Positions 57,296 to 64,000 of a DNA stretch of 64,000 nt are shown in pieces. Both the position numbers and the translations under genes were made by a program. The notes beneath the pieces are model-generated. The model did not search any database, was not told where the DNA came from, and was given only the letters and a program-made list of their open reading frames with translations. Numbering within the stretch: the stretch's first letter is position 1; every line of letters starts with the position of its first letter. The stretch is from a virus, in the IMG/VR virus record IMGVR_UViG_3300025687_007517, positions 8,511-72,510 of that record. The stretch is one strand, 5' to 3'.

Positions 57296-57537
57296 TTTTT
57301 ATTCTCTTCTAAGGTTTTCACCTGTTCTTCAAGCATTTGGACTTTGCGTTCCATTTTGAGGTATTCTTTGCGAAGACGTGCAGCTTGCTCAAGGGCAATA
57401 TCACGCTTTCTAGCTTCTCTCAAAGTATTTGGTGCCATAGACTCCAAAACTTGCATAAGGTTTTCCATAATGCTACGAGGCGAGGCTTGGTAAGCCTCAC
57501 CCAATAAAAACCTTCTCGTCATTGCACGAAGGTCCAT
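57292..57537 (-). CDS. Hypothetical coiled-coil protein
   Basis: 81-aa ORF coupled to downstream gene. Confidence 0.55.
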   Translation of the reverse strand: MDLRAMTRRFLLGEAYQASPRSIMENLMQVLESMAPNTLREARKRDIALEQAARLRKEYLKMERKVQMLEEQVKTLEENKK

Positions 57538-57540
57538 AAA

Positions 57541-57750
57541 TTAATCCTCAGTCTTCTTTGAGACCTTACGAACTGATTTCTTTGGCTCTGCCTTTGGTTC
57601 TGCCTTTGGAGCAGGCTTTGGAGCAGGTTTTGCTGCCTTTGCTTTAGCTTCTGCTTCTGCCTTGGCTGCTGCTTCTGTCTTTGCCTTGGCTGCCGCAGCC
57701 TCTGCGGCACGCTGGGCGGCTCTTCTTCTTTTTACTGCTGGTGATACCAT
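57541..57750 (-). CDS. Small basic Ala/Lys/Pro-rich protein (histone-like low complexity)
   Basis: AKAEAEAKAK, PAPKPAPKAEPKAEPK; GAGG SD. Confidence 0.55.
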   Translation of the reverse strand: MVSPAVKRRRAAQRAAEAAAAKAKTEAAAKAEAEAKAKAAKPAPKPAPKAEPKAEPKKSVRKVSKKTED

Positions 57751-57751
57751 T

Positions 57752-58210
57752 TTATTTCCTCACAAATTTTTTTATCAAGCTTTCATAGAGAGCTTGGTTT
57801 TTTATTTTTGCCCTGTCCTCATAATCGCGAACAAGACGGTTACCTACTAAATAGGCTTCATCTTCCATTTTCGACAAATGTGCGTCGGTTTGTGCATAGC
57901 CTTCACCTGTTTCCATCTCTCCAACGAACTCTCCACGGCAATTTTGTGCGTGGTGAACAAGCTCGTGAGCCACAGAACGAAGAACATCTTTTGGATGACG
58001 GTTATCTACGAAGACTGTGACGGTGTGAGTAGAAGGGTTGTAATGAGCAGTCCCAGCAAAAAACTTTTTGGCGTTCTCAGGGTCTGACTCAAAGACCAGG
58101 GTAAAATCAACGTCAAAGCCAAGACGGTCCTTAACATAAGGAAAAAATTTATCAAAAACTTTCTCATAACGGGCTGAGTTGATGTTTGCGTTGTTTATTA
58201 GTTTATACAT
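57752..58210 (-). CDS. Zinc metallopeptidase-like protein (HExxH)
   Basis: RHPKDVLRSVAHELVHHAQ...MEDEAY. Confidence 0.75.
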   Translation of the reverse strand: MYKLINNANINSARYEKVFDKFFPYVKDRLGFDVDFTLVFESDPENAKKFFAGTAHYNPSTHTVTVFVDNRHPKDVLRSVAHELVHHAQNCRGEFVGEMETGEGYAQTDAHLSKMEDEAYLVGNRLVRDYEDRAKIKNQALYESLIKKFVRK

Positions 58211-58224
58211 CAACTATAAATAGT

Positions 58225-58731
58225 TTATAAAAAGCGGTCACGCGCCGCTTTACCGCACGCCTTTTGAAAAAAGTTTTGCTCAAACATAATAACGCCTAAT
58301 AGGTAAGGCTTGTGTTGTTTATCGAACTTTTCCTCTGCACGAACATATTGTTTCAACCTCTCAAAACGTCCAATAACTTGCTTACAGTTCTCAAAGCTAA
58401 AATCGACTTGTTTGTCGTTCAGCATTAACTGTAAAACAATCTGGCGAGGATGAACCGCAGCAGCAATAACGCGAAGTCCAGCATACTCTGTGCCTTCCAT
58501 TACTTTCTCGTATTCTTTGACTTTTGTGCTTAGTCTATTAACAGCTTGGTCTGACTTAGCAATGTAGTTCATCATTTGCTGACGTTGACTGTGGCAGATG
58601 GCGTTCTCTTGTGCCAAGTCCATGTCGCCCTTAACGTGAGCGTCGGCGTAAAGCGCGGCTGCAACAAGACCGGCTAACAATACCGTGGTTCGCGCTGTGC
58701 GGCTCCTCAACAGCTTCTTTATTCTTCCCAT
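58225..58731 (-). CDS. Hypothetical membrane-anchored protein
   Basis: Basic N-terminus, hydrophobic helix, coiled coil. Confidence 0.55.
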   Translation of the reverse strand: MGRIKKLLRSRTARTTVLLAGLVAAALYADAHVKGDMDLAQENAICHSQRQQMMNYIAKSDQAVNRLSTKVKEYEKVMEGTEYAGLRVIAAAVHPRQIVLQLMLNDKQVDFSFENCKQVIGRFERLKQYVRAEEKFDKQHKPYLLGVIMFEQNFFQKACGKAARDRFL

Positions 58732-58785
58732 AATAAAATACCCCCTGTCCTATAATAAATAGAACAGAGGGCAAAATAGAAGCAA

Positions 58786-59229
58786 TTATTTTATTGGACC
58801 ACCGGATACCCAAGCATCGCAGGTTCTTTTGGATGCACACTTGAACTTCAAGAACTGGCAGTAGCCTATTTCGCCTGCATCAATAGTTGCCCAAGTGTCT
58901 CCGTCTTCTTCGCCAATACCTTGTGCAATGCAGTCTTGCATTTCTTTTTTGAGATTAAATGCAGCACAAGTGCCGCAAATCATTCCTTTGAGGTCTTCTT
59001 CGGAATCGGCGTTCCACATCTCCATCTTTGCTTTCCAAAACTTTTCGTTTGGTTTTGATGGGTCTGGTGGACCGTAGTTTTGTTCTTCAATAGCGTGTTG
59101 ACGATTTTCTAGGTTTAAGTTTATGTCTTGTGTGGCGGGAGGACATTTGAAATCTTTATTCTTCTCGCCAACTACAATAGACAGTTGTTCCCAAATAAGG
59201 TGTTTTAGTTGTGGTTTTGAAATAGTCAT
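58786..59229 (-). CDS. Conserved Cys-rich phage hypothetical protein
   Basis: CPPATQD..N..NR..AI..YGP, CGTCAAF, GYC..LKFKCAS.RTC.AW..GGP. Confidence 0.65.
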   Translation of the reverse strand: MTISKPQLKHLIWEQLSIVVGEKNKDFKCPPATQDINLNLENRQHAIEEQNYGPPDPSKPNEKFWKAKMEMWNADSEEDLKGMICGTCAAFNLKKEMQDCIAQGIGEEDGDTWATIDAGEIGYCQFLKFKCASKRTCDAWVSGGPIK

Positions 59230-59331
59230 TCTGCAAAGTCCTCGACTGATGGTTTGGTTTTATCACTGGCTGGTGGCAAGTCTGCTCTACCCTTCTTTAT
59301 AAACTGAGACAGGAGTTTATCTGTTTGTAGT

Positions 59332-59583
59332 TCATTTTGCGGCTTTTCTAAGTTTAGAAATGAGAGCCATCAATACGCGGCTTTTGGCAGACTTGGGAAT
59401 GTTAGAAAGATTATCCTCTATGTCTTCAACAGATGCTGCGACGGCTTCATCGGGCGTGTTTATCTTTTGCTGTGCTGTAGCGAGCGGGGAGAGTTTTGAT
59501 TTTAGTTTCTCTCTTTTGGCAACATCGCCTGCCATTTTTTCAACTTCTTCTCTGATAATTTGCTTGAGTTGGTTCTTATCCAT
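59332..59583 (-). CDS. Hypothetical protein with LKQIIREE leader
   Basis: 83-aa ORF MDKNQLKQIIREEV. Confidence 0.55.
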   Translation of the reverse strand: MDKNQLKQIIREEVEKMAGDVAKREKLKSKLSPLATAQQKINTPDEAVAASVEDIEDNLSNIPKSAKSRVLMALISKLRKAAK

Positions 59584-59597
59584 TTTATTTGTTCCAA

Positions 59598-59620
59598 TAA
59601 AAAAGGAGCCAAAGGCTCCT
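59598..59620 (-). terminator. Rho-independent terminator
   Basis: AGGAGCC-TTT-GGCTCCT followed by TTTTTATT. Confidence 0.75.
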
Positions 59621-59648
59621 CATAAATAGTTTAATTGTTTATAAAGCT

Positions 59649-59873
59649 CTAACGAACCAAAACCAGAACAAGCGTAGTCCAAATAGCTATCGCTGGCAGC
59701 ATCATTGTTATTTTGGTAAAGGCTGGAATATCGCTGACATTTTTGTAGTTTATGTTTGCTTCATATATCATCCAACGGTCTAGCACAAACCAGACCGCTG
59801 GAATAATAGCCAAGAATGGAGCAAAGGTTAAAAACTTGCCGATAGACACGGCTGTTGCAAGCATCCTAAACAT
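59649..59873 (-). CDS. Small membrane protein
   Basis: Two hydrophobic segments in 74 aa. Confidence 0.55.
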   Translation of the reverse strand: MFRMLATAVSIGKFLTFAPFLAIIPAVWFVLDRWMIYEANINYKNVSDIPAFTKITMMLPAIAIWTTLVLVLVR

Positions 59874-60304
59874 TATTTCTTTCCAATGTCACGAACACCA
59901 ACCCAATGTGTCGTGCCGTCAGGTTGGATGACCTGCCAACTATCAGCGTTCTCTTTGTCGGTGAGAACAACACAAGTGCCACTTCGACGGAAGCGAGCGT
60001 TCTTTTTAGTGGGCTTGAAGAAAACCACATCACCCTTTTTGAACTTGGACGGAGGAGGCTTCAACCAAGACAGCGCCTGAGTCAAGTTGTTGTGGTAAGT
60101 ACCGGCAAAGTAGTCGGTCATCAAGTCAGAATGGTCGTTTTGGCGACGAGTGTGCCAACCGTGACAGTAGTCTTCACCGCCATTCTTAACCCAGAATGAA
60201 AGAATGTTTTCTCCATGCGAGACCCAAGCCTTACGGTCAGAAATCTGAACACAACCTTTTCCAAGGCGCTTTTCAATCTTTTTAATGGCGCTTTCAAGTT
60301 TCAT
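59873..60304 (-). CDS. Hypothetical early protein
   Basis: AAGGAG SD, sigma70 promoter upstream; SH3-like C-terminus. Confidence 0.6.
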   Translation of the reverse strand: MKLESAIKKIEKRLGKGCVQISDRKAWVSHGENILSFWVKNGGEDYCHGWHTRRQNDHSDLMTDYFAGTYHNNLTQALSWLKPPPSKFKKGDVVFFKPTKKNARFRRSGTCVVLTDKENADSWQVIQPDGTTHWVGVRDIGKK

Positions 60305-60346
60305 AACTCACTCCTTTGTTAGTGTCTCTCCCCATCTCTCACTAAC

Positions 60347-60374
60347 AATATAGGACGTAAAACGCACTTGTCAA
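60347..60374 (-). promoter_or_regulatory. Sigma70-type promoter
   Basis: TTGACA-16 nt-TATATT. Confidence 0.65.
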
Positions 60375-60378
60375 GGGC

Positions 60379-60636
60379 TTATTTTGCTTTTTTTTGATAT
60401 TTTTTTAAATTTTTGTGTTCTTCTCTGTTCCAAATATAAGCAAACTCTTTCTCTGCAAATGTAAGAACACGGTTCACGGCTGGGCAAAAAATAACTGTGG
60501 ACTTGCCCTCTTCATAGAGAACAATACCCACAGTTCCAACGAGCTTCTTGGAGTCTATTCTTGAAGACCCCTTATACTCGTATAGCTCGACACGTCTGCC
60601 ACGACGGTCGAAGCATTCTCGGTTAGTTTGGTTCAT
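60379..60636 (-). CDS. Hypothetical protein
   Basis: 85-aa ORF overlapping upstream gene. Confidence 0.5.
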   Translation of the reverse strand: MNQTNRECFDRRGRRVELYEYKGSSRIDSKKLVGTVGIVLYEEGKSTVIFCPAVNRVLTFAEKEFAYIWNREEHKNLKKYQKKAK

Positions 60637-60847
60637 TAAAAATGATTTCTACAAAATCGTCTGATGTTGAATAAAGGTTAACAATAACGTCTATCTCGCC
60701 ATTGGCGTATAGTTCTGCAAGAGTCTGTGCTTCCTTAAAAGTAAGTTTGCCTTGTTGATACCTTTGATGAAAAACAGCTATTTTGTAGTCTGGGATAGTT
60801 CCGACTAAATCTGAAAGGCGTAGCTCGTCTTCATCATCCGTTGGCAT
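60623..60847 (-). CDS. Hypothetical protein
   Basis: 74-aa ORF overlapping neighbours. Confidence 0.5.
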   Translation of the reverse strand: MPTDDEDELRLSDLVGTIPDYKIAVFHQRYQQGKLTFKEAQTLAELYANGEIDVIVNLYSTSDDFVEIIFNEPN

Positions 60848-61415
60848 ACTTTTTAATAAGCCCCATCGTCACTCGCAGGTCTCGGTGAAAAATGGCAATA
60901 CCACCAGCTTCTCGGTATTCATCAATGTTGAACCACATGTCGTCAATCAAGACTCCCTGCTTTCCATCGAAGTCGGTGTGTTTCCATTTGTCATCATCTA
61001 GGATAATACGTCCTGGCTGTGGTGTTAAGTTCTTTTTAATCCACTCAATCTTGCCAGCTTTGCTTTCTGCGCTTTTTCCCATTGGAGCCGAGAGAATGTA
61101 AGGGTTATAAGGAGCAATGGCGTTCCAAATAACTCTACCGCCTTTTGCCCACTCCAAGTTCGCCCAAAAGTCTTTGTTGTTGCGAATCAAGTCCTTCATC
61201 AACTTTCGTACATTCTTGTTTGGCGTGTTGATACGAAGGTCATTTTTATCAACCGAAGTCTTGCCAAGCTCTTCAATGGCTTTTTCGATTGTTTCTTTTA
61301 GTTCTGGGTCTGTGATGTTGTCTCGGTTTTCCAGGGTCTCGTTTACTATCTTGACAGCCCCGCCGATGAAGTCACAGAGCACTCCGTCCATGTCGCAGCA
61401 AAATTGCTTATTCAT
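60834..61415 (-). CDS. 5'(3')-deoxyribonucleotidase-like HAD hydrolase
   Basis: DMDGVLCDF, FWANL, ILSAP, GKIEW, LIDD...N......GG.AI. Confidence 0.85.
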   Translation of the reverse strand: MNKQFCCDMDGVLCDFIGGAVKIVNETLENRDNITDPELKETIEKAIEELGKTSVDKNDLRINTPNKNVRKLMKDLIRNNKDFWANLEWAKGGRVIWNAIAPYNPYILSAPMGKSAESKAGKIEWIKKNLTPQPGRIILDDDKWKHTDFDGKQGVLIDDMWFNIDEYREAGGIAIFHRDLRVTMGLIKKYANG

Positions 61416-61440
61416 TTTTTCTCCCTCTCAATCCAAATAC

Positions 61441-61468
61441 AGAATAGCACATAAAACTTATTTGTCAA
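61441..61468 (-). promoter_or_regulatory. Sigma70-type promoter
   Basis: TTGACA-16 nt-TATTCT with TG extension. Confidence 0.6.
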
Positions 61469-61471
61469 GGG

Positions 61472-61669
61472 CTAACCTGCTTTTTTTACCGTTGAAAAAT
61501 GAACTTTTTGTCTTTTTTTTGTTTCTGGAAAATAAACGCGAAGAAGGTTATTTCCACGGTAGTCTTCCATAACAATGGCATGAACCCAATATTGGGTTTT
61601 TACGAGTTGTCCGTTTTCGTCAAACTCGACGTGTACCTGTGGAACTTTTATTAGGTCACCCTTCTTCAT
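61472..61669 (-). CDS. Small hypothetical SH3-like protein
   Basis: MKKGDLIKV; CTATTTA 5 nt upstream of ATG. Confidence 0.55.
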   Translation of the reverse strand: MKKGDLIKVPQVHVEFDENGQLVKTQYWVHAIVMEDYRGNNLLRVYFPETKKRQKVHFSTVKKAG

Positions 61670-61688
61670 CACTATAAATAGTGACGAG

Positions 61689-62330
61689 CTACGAACTTAT
61701 GAAGCGGTCATAGCTAGAAGCTACGTCATTTACTTGGTTATCGATATTTTCAGAGGTTCCGTCAAAGTAAATGAAGTTATTATCAAAAAGGTTTTTGTAT
61801 GCTTCTTTATTTTTATTTACTGCTTGCCAGCTTTTCTCGACTCTTTCTGGCTTGACCTTTCTGCCACCGGCTTCACCACGCTCTTCGTTTCTGGAAAGTG
61901 AGAGTTCTAGTGGCACATCGACGTATATCATGGCTGTGTCGTAACCAGCGTCTTCTAGTCTTTCTTTTGCTTTGCGGACATTTTGGAGAGAACCGGCTGT
62001 ACCGTCAATAATAAAATCGCTCCTGTCGCCCACGAGAGCCCTTGTTTTTTGTTTTGCTAGGTTCTGTGCTTGAACAAAGAGTTTGCCCTGCTGAGAGCGA
62101 ATGTCGCGCTCTGGGTGGTCTAAATCAAGTGGTAGTCCTGCGGCTTTGAGCATGGGCTCAAACTCATCATCAGCGTTGATGACTTGCATACCTGCATCAA
62201 GTGCGCCAATCTGTTTTAGAAGTGTGGTTTTGCCAGAGCCAGGACCACCAGCCATAAAAATAGCTTTTGGCTTGTTTGGGTTAGCTTGCTCGGTAATAGC
62301 CTCTTTTAGAAACTGTTTCCACTTTTTCAT
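61689..62330 (-). CDS. Zeta-toxin-like P-loop kinase
   Basis: KAIFMAGGPGSGKT, INADD, IIDGT, GY...MIYVD..LE.SL.RN..R...GGRKV. Confidence 0.85.
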   Translation of the reverse strand: MKKWKQFLKEAITEQANPNKPKAIFMAGGPGSGKTTLLKQIGALDAGMQVINADDEFEPMLKAAGLPLDLDHPERDIRSQQGKLFVQAQNLAKQKTRALVGDRSDFIIDGTAGSLQNVRKAKERLEDAGYDTAMIYVDVPLELSLSRNEERGEAGGRKVKPERVEKSWQAVNKNKEAYKNLFDNNFIYFDGTSENIDNQVNDVASSYDRFISS

Positions 62331-64000
62331 TCTTGGTCCTCGACAAACTTCTTGATGTAAGTATACACCTTGCTGCGGAATTTGTCCATCTTTTTCTTAT
62401 CGACTTTGTAGTTGTCGTACTTCTTTACTTCGGCTGGAAGTGATGGGTCGTCAAGGTCTATATCTTTGCTAATGGTGTCGAGTGCTTTTTCTTCGCCATA
62501 CTTGCGAAGCAGGTTTTCACCGGCTTGGTGAGCGTGTGCGTCAATCTCGATGTGCCTTTCAAGATAGTCCTTCATAAAGAGTTCAGACTTGAAGCCATCT
62601 TTTTTTATTATTTCTTTTCCGTCTTTGTCTTTCTTGCCAGTTGGCTCCCAGACTTCCCAATACTTTGGCTGGTCTCTATCCACAACCTGTCTTGGGTCGT
62701 CCATCATTTTGGTAAAGGCTTTTTCCAAACCAACACCTTTTGACTTAGCCTGTGCTTTTAGTTGTTGAAGGTGAACGAGTTCGTGACGGAAAGCAGCAGA
62801 GATGTCAGCCACAGCCTCTTCAGCAGACTCGCCAAAGTCGTCAAAGTCTTCCCACAGGTTCATTAAAACCATAAAAACGGGTGTGCCATCTTCAGCAACG
62901 TCAATAGTGGCAGACTGCCACATATTGTTGGAAAAGTCACCAGAAGACTCTGCAACACCAACCACGTCGTCCAAACCTGCTCGCTTGAGTGCTTTGTTCA
63001 TAGCGAGGGTAAGAGCCATAGTGGCAGGAGTTTGTGGAGGCTTTTTTGGATTATCTTCATCAAACTCAAGGTCTTCGTAGTCGTTATACTCGTTCCAAAA
63101 GTTGGACTTCATTATTTCTTCTTCAAAAGCAGTAAAAATTTCTTTTGGAAGTTTGGTGGCTTCTGTTAGTTCGCTAGCATCAACCTCGCTTGCTTCGTAA
63201 CTGTCGTCACCACCATCGTAGTATTTGTAGTAAGCGGTTGTGCCAACCTCGTCGCCAATAAATAAAACTTCTTCTTCACCAGCAACAGCCAACATTTTTA
63301 CATTTTTGTGGTTCAAGATAAAGCCAGGGTTGGAAGCTTCTGCGGCTAAAACAATAGAAACGTATTTTTCGCCTGCTTCTGTTTCATCAGAATAAAGAGC
63401 GGTAAAGCCAGAAGCCACGTCTGGGCTGTATGACCAAGAAGTAAGTCCAGAAGGATACCAACTACTTTTGAAAACAAAGTTATTCTTTTTTTGTAGTTTG
63501 CCTTCTTTTGGTGGGTTGTTTGGGTCAATAAGACCCCAAGATGCAGCAGCCTTTGCTGGAACAAGCATACCACGATAAACTTTACCCGCTGGTGGTTTTA
63601 GTTCGTCATAATAACTGCTAAGAGTTCCTTCATCAGCCATGGCTTGTATTTGTTTTAGTATGTCGTGAAGTTCTTTTTTGTTTCTTGTGCTTGCGTTCCT
63701 GACAAAACTTCTCAACTTTGCTGAGGTCTTTTGCGACCATTGAAAACGTTCAAGGTTTGTTTCACCGTCGCCAGCCACAAAAAGGTTATCACCGTAAGGC
63801 TCATCTGGGTCAATGTCGTGGTCGCCGGGGTATTCTGTTAGACCACGGACTGCCTTGGAAACTATGTCTCCCAAGGCTATGCCCATTTCTGCGATGTTCA
63901 TTTTTAGTTTTGTCATCGCTCTGCCGATTCTCGCAATGTATGGTCTGTCGTCATCAGCGCCGCCGCCAGAGACTTTTATTGCTTCGATTATTTTTTTAGC
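62327..64000 (-). CDS. Multidomain protein: R-S-E ADP-ribosyltransferase domain plus HExxH metallopeptidase; 5' end beyond window
   Basis: Frame stays open from 63916 to 64000; VYRGM / LTSWSYSPDVASGF / GEEEVL; FRHELVHLQQ...YL...EIDAHA. Confidence 0.7.
   Translation of the reverse strand, partial: AKKIIEAIKVSGGGADDDRPYIARIGRAMTKLKMNIAEMGIALGDIVSKAVRGLTEYPGDHDIDPDEPYGDNLFVAGDGETNLERFQWSQKTSAKLRSFVRNASTRNKKELHDILKQIQAMADEGTLSSYYDELKPPAGKVYRGMLVPAKAAASWGLIDPNNPPKEGKLQKKNNFVFKSSWYPSGLTSWSYSPDVASGFTALYSDETEAGEKYVSIVLAAEASNPGFILNHKNVKMLAVAGEEEVLFIGDEVGTTAYYKYYDGGDDSYEASEVDASELTEATKLPKEIFTAFEEEIMKSNFWNEYNDYEDLEFDEDNPKKPPQTPATMALTLAMNKALKRAGLDDVVGVAESSGDFSNNMWQSATIDVAEDGTPVFMVLMNLWEDFDDFGESAEEAVADISAAFRHELVHLQQLKAQAKSKGVGLEKAFTKMMDDPRQVVDRDQPKYWEVWEPTGKKDKDGKEIIKKDGFKSELFMKDYLERHIEIDAHAHQAGENLLRKYGEEKALDTISKDIDLDDPSLPAEVKKYDNYKVDKKKMDKFRSKVYTYIKKFVEDQE

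Noticed and set aside
58215-58222. Canonical T4 late promoters TATAAATA firing on the plus strand (also 61673-61680)
   Set aside because: No plus-strand genes downstream; constant spacing to minus-strand ATGs favours the CTATTTA orientation
733-63999. Plus-strand ORFs in the track (e.g. 18742..19473, 61117..61572, 42253..42642)
   Set aside because: All are antisense shadows of well-supported minus-strand genes, with no motifs or RBS
1-64000. Stop-codon reassignment as in some large phages
   Set aside because: Genes are full-length and tightly coupled under the standard code, TAA/TAG/TGA all act as stops, and no suppressor tRNA is present

Overview
A 64-kb segment of a large, T4-like/'jumbo'-type tailed phage genome (contractile-tail baseplate genes). 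Essentially every gene is on the minus strand, densely packed, standard genetic code. Read in transcription order (right to left): (i) 64.0-56.3 kb, small unknown genes plus likely virion-packaged effectors (ADP-ribosyltransferase+HExxH protein, zeta-like kinase, 5'-nucleotidase, metallopeptidase); (ii) a Calx-beta/LamG-like adhesin; (iii) 53-42 kb, auxiliary/nucleotide genes (purA, M15 endolysin, ClpP-like, HNH, thymidine kinase, four tRNAs, DUF3310, Hc1 histone-like, dUTPase, PIN-PhoH, Cas4-like nuclease); (iv) 42-26.8 kb, a ~15-kb glycan island with three GT4 glycosyltransferases and two parallel nonulosonic (sialic-like) acid sets (2x NeuB, 2x NeuA, 2x Maf/GT42-like transferase domains, PseB/PseC-like, NeuD, WbqC, 2OG oxygenase, FkbM, HAD, cupin); (v) a gp55-like late sigma factor, then baseplate/tail genes (M15 peptidase hub, spike, gp25, gp6/J, two DNRLRE-like paralogs, a 2692-aa LamG protein). 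The best candidate for an undescribed system is phage self-glycosylation: the glycan island sits beside virion proteins strongly enriched in [S/T]-[G/A]-[S/T] tripeptides that could be O-glycosylation sequons. A recurring CTATTTA element looks like the late promoter and often sits 5-6 nt before an ATG with no SD. All protein family calls come from motifs read by eye; no database searches were run.
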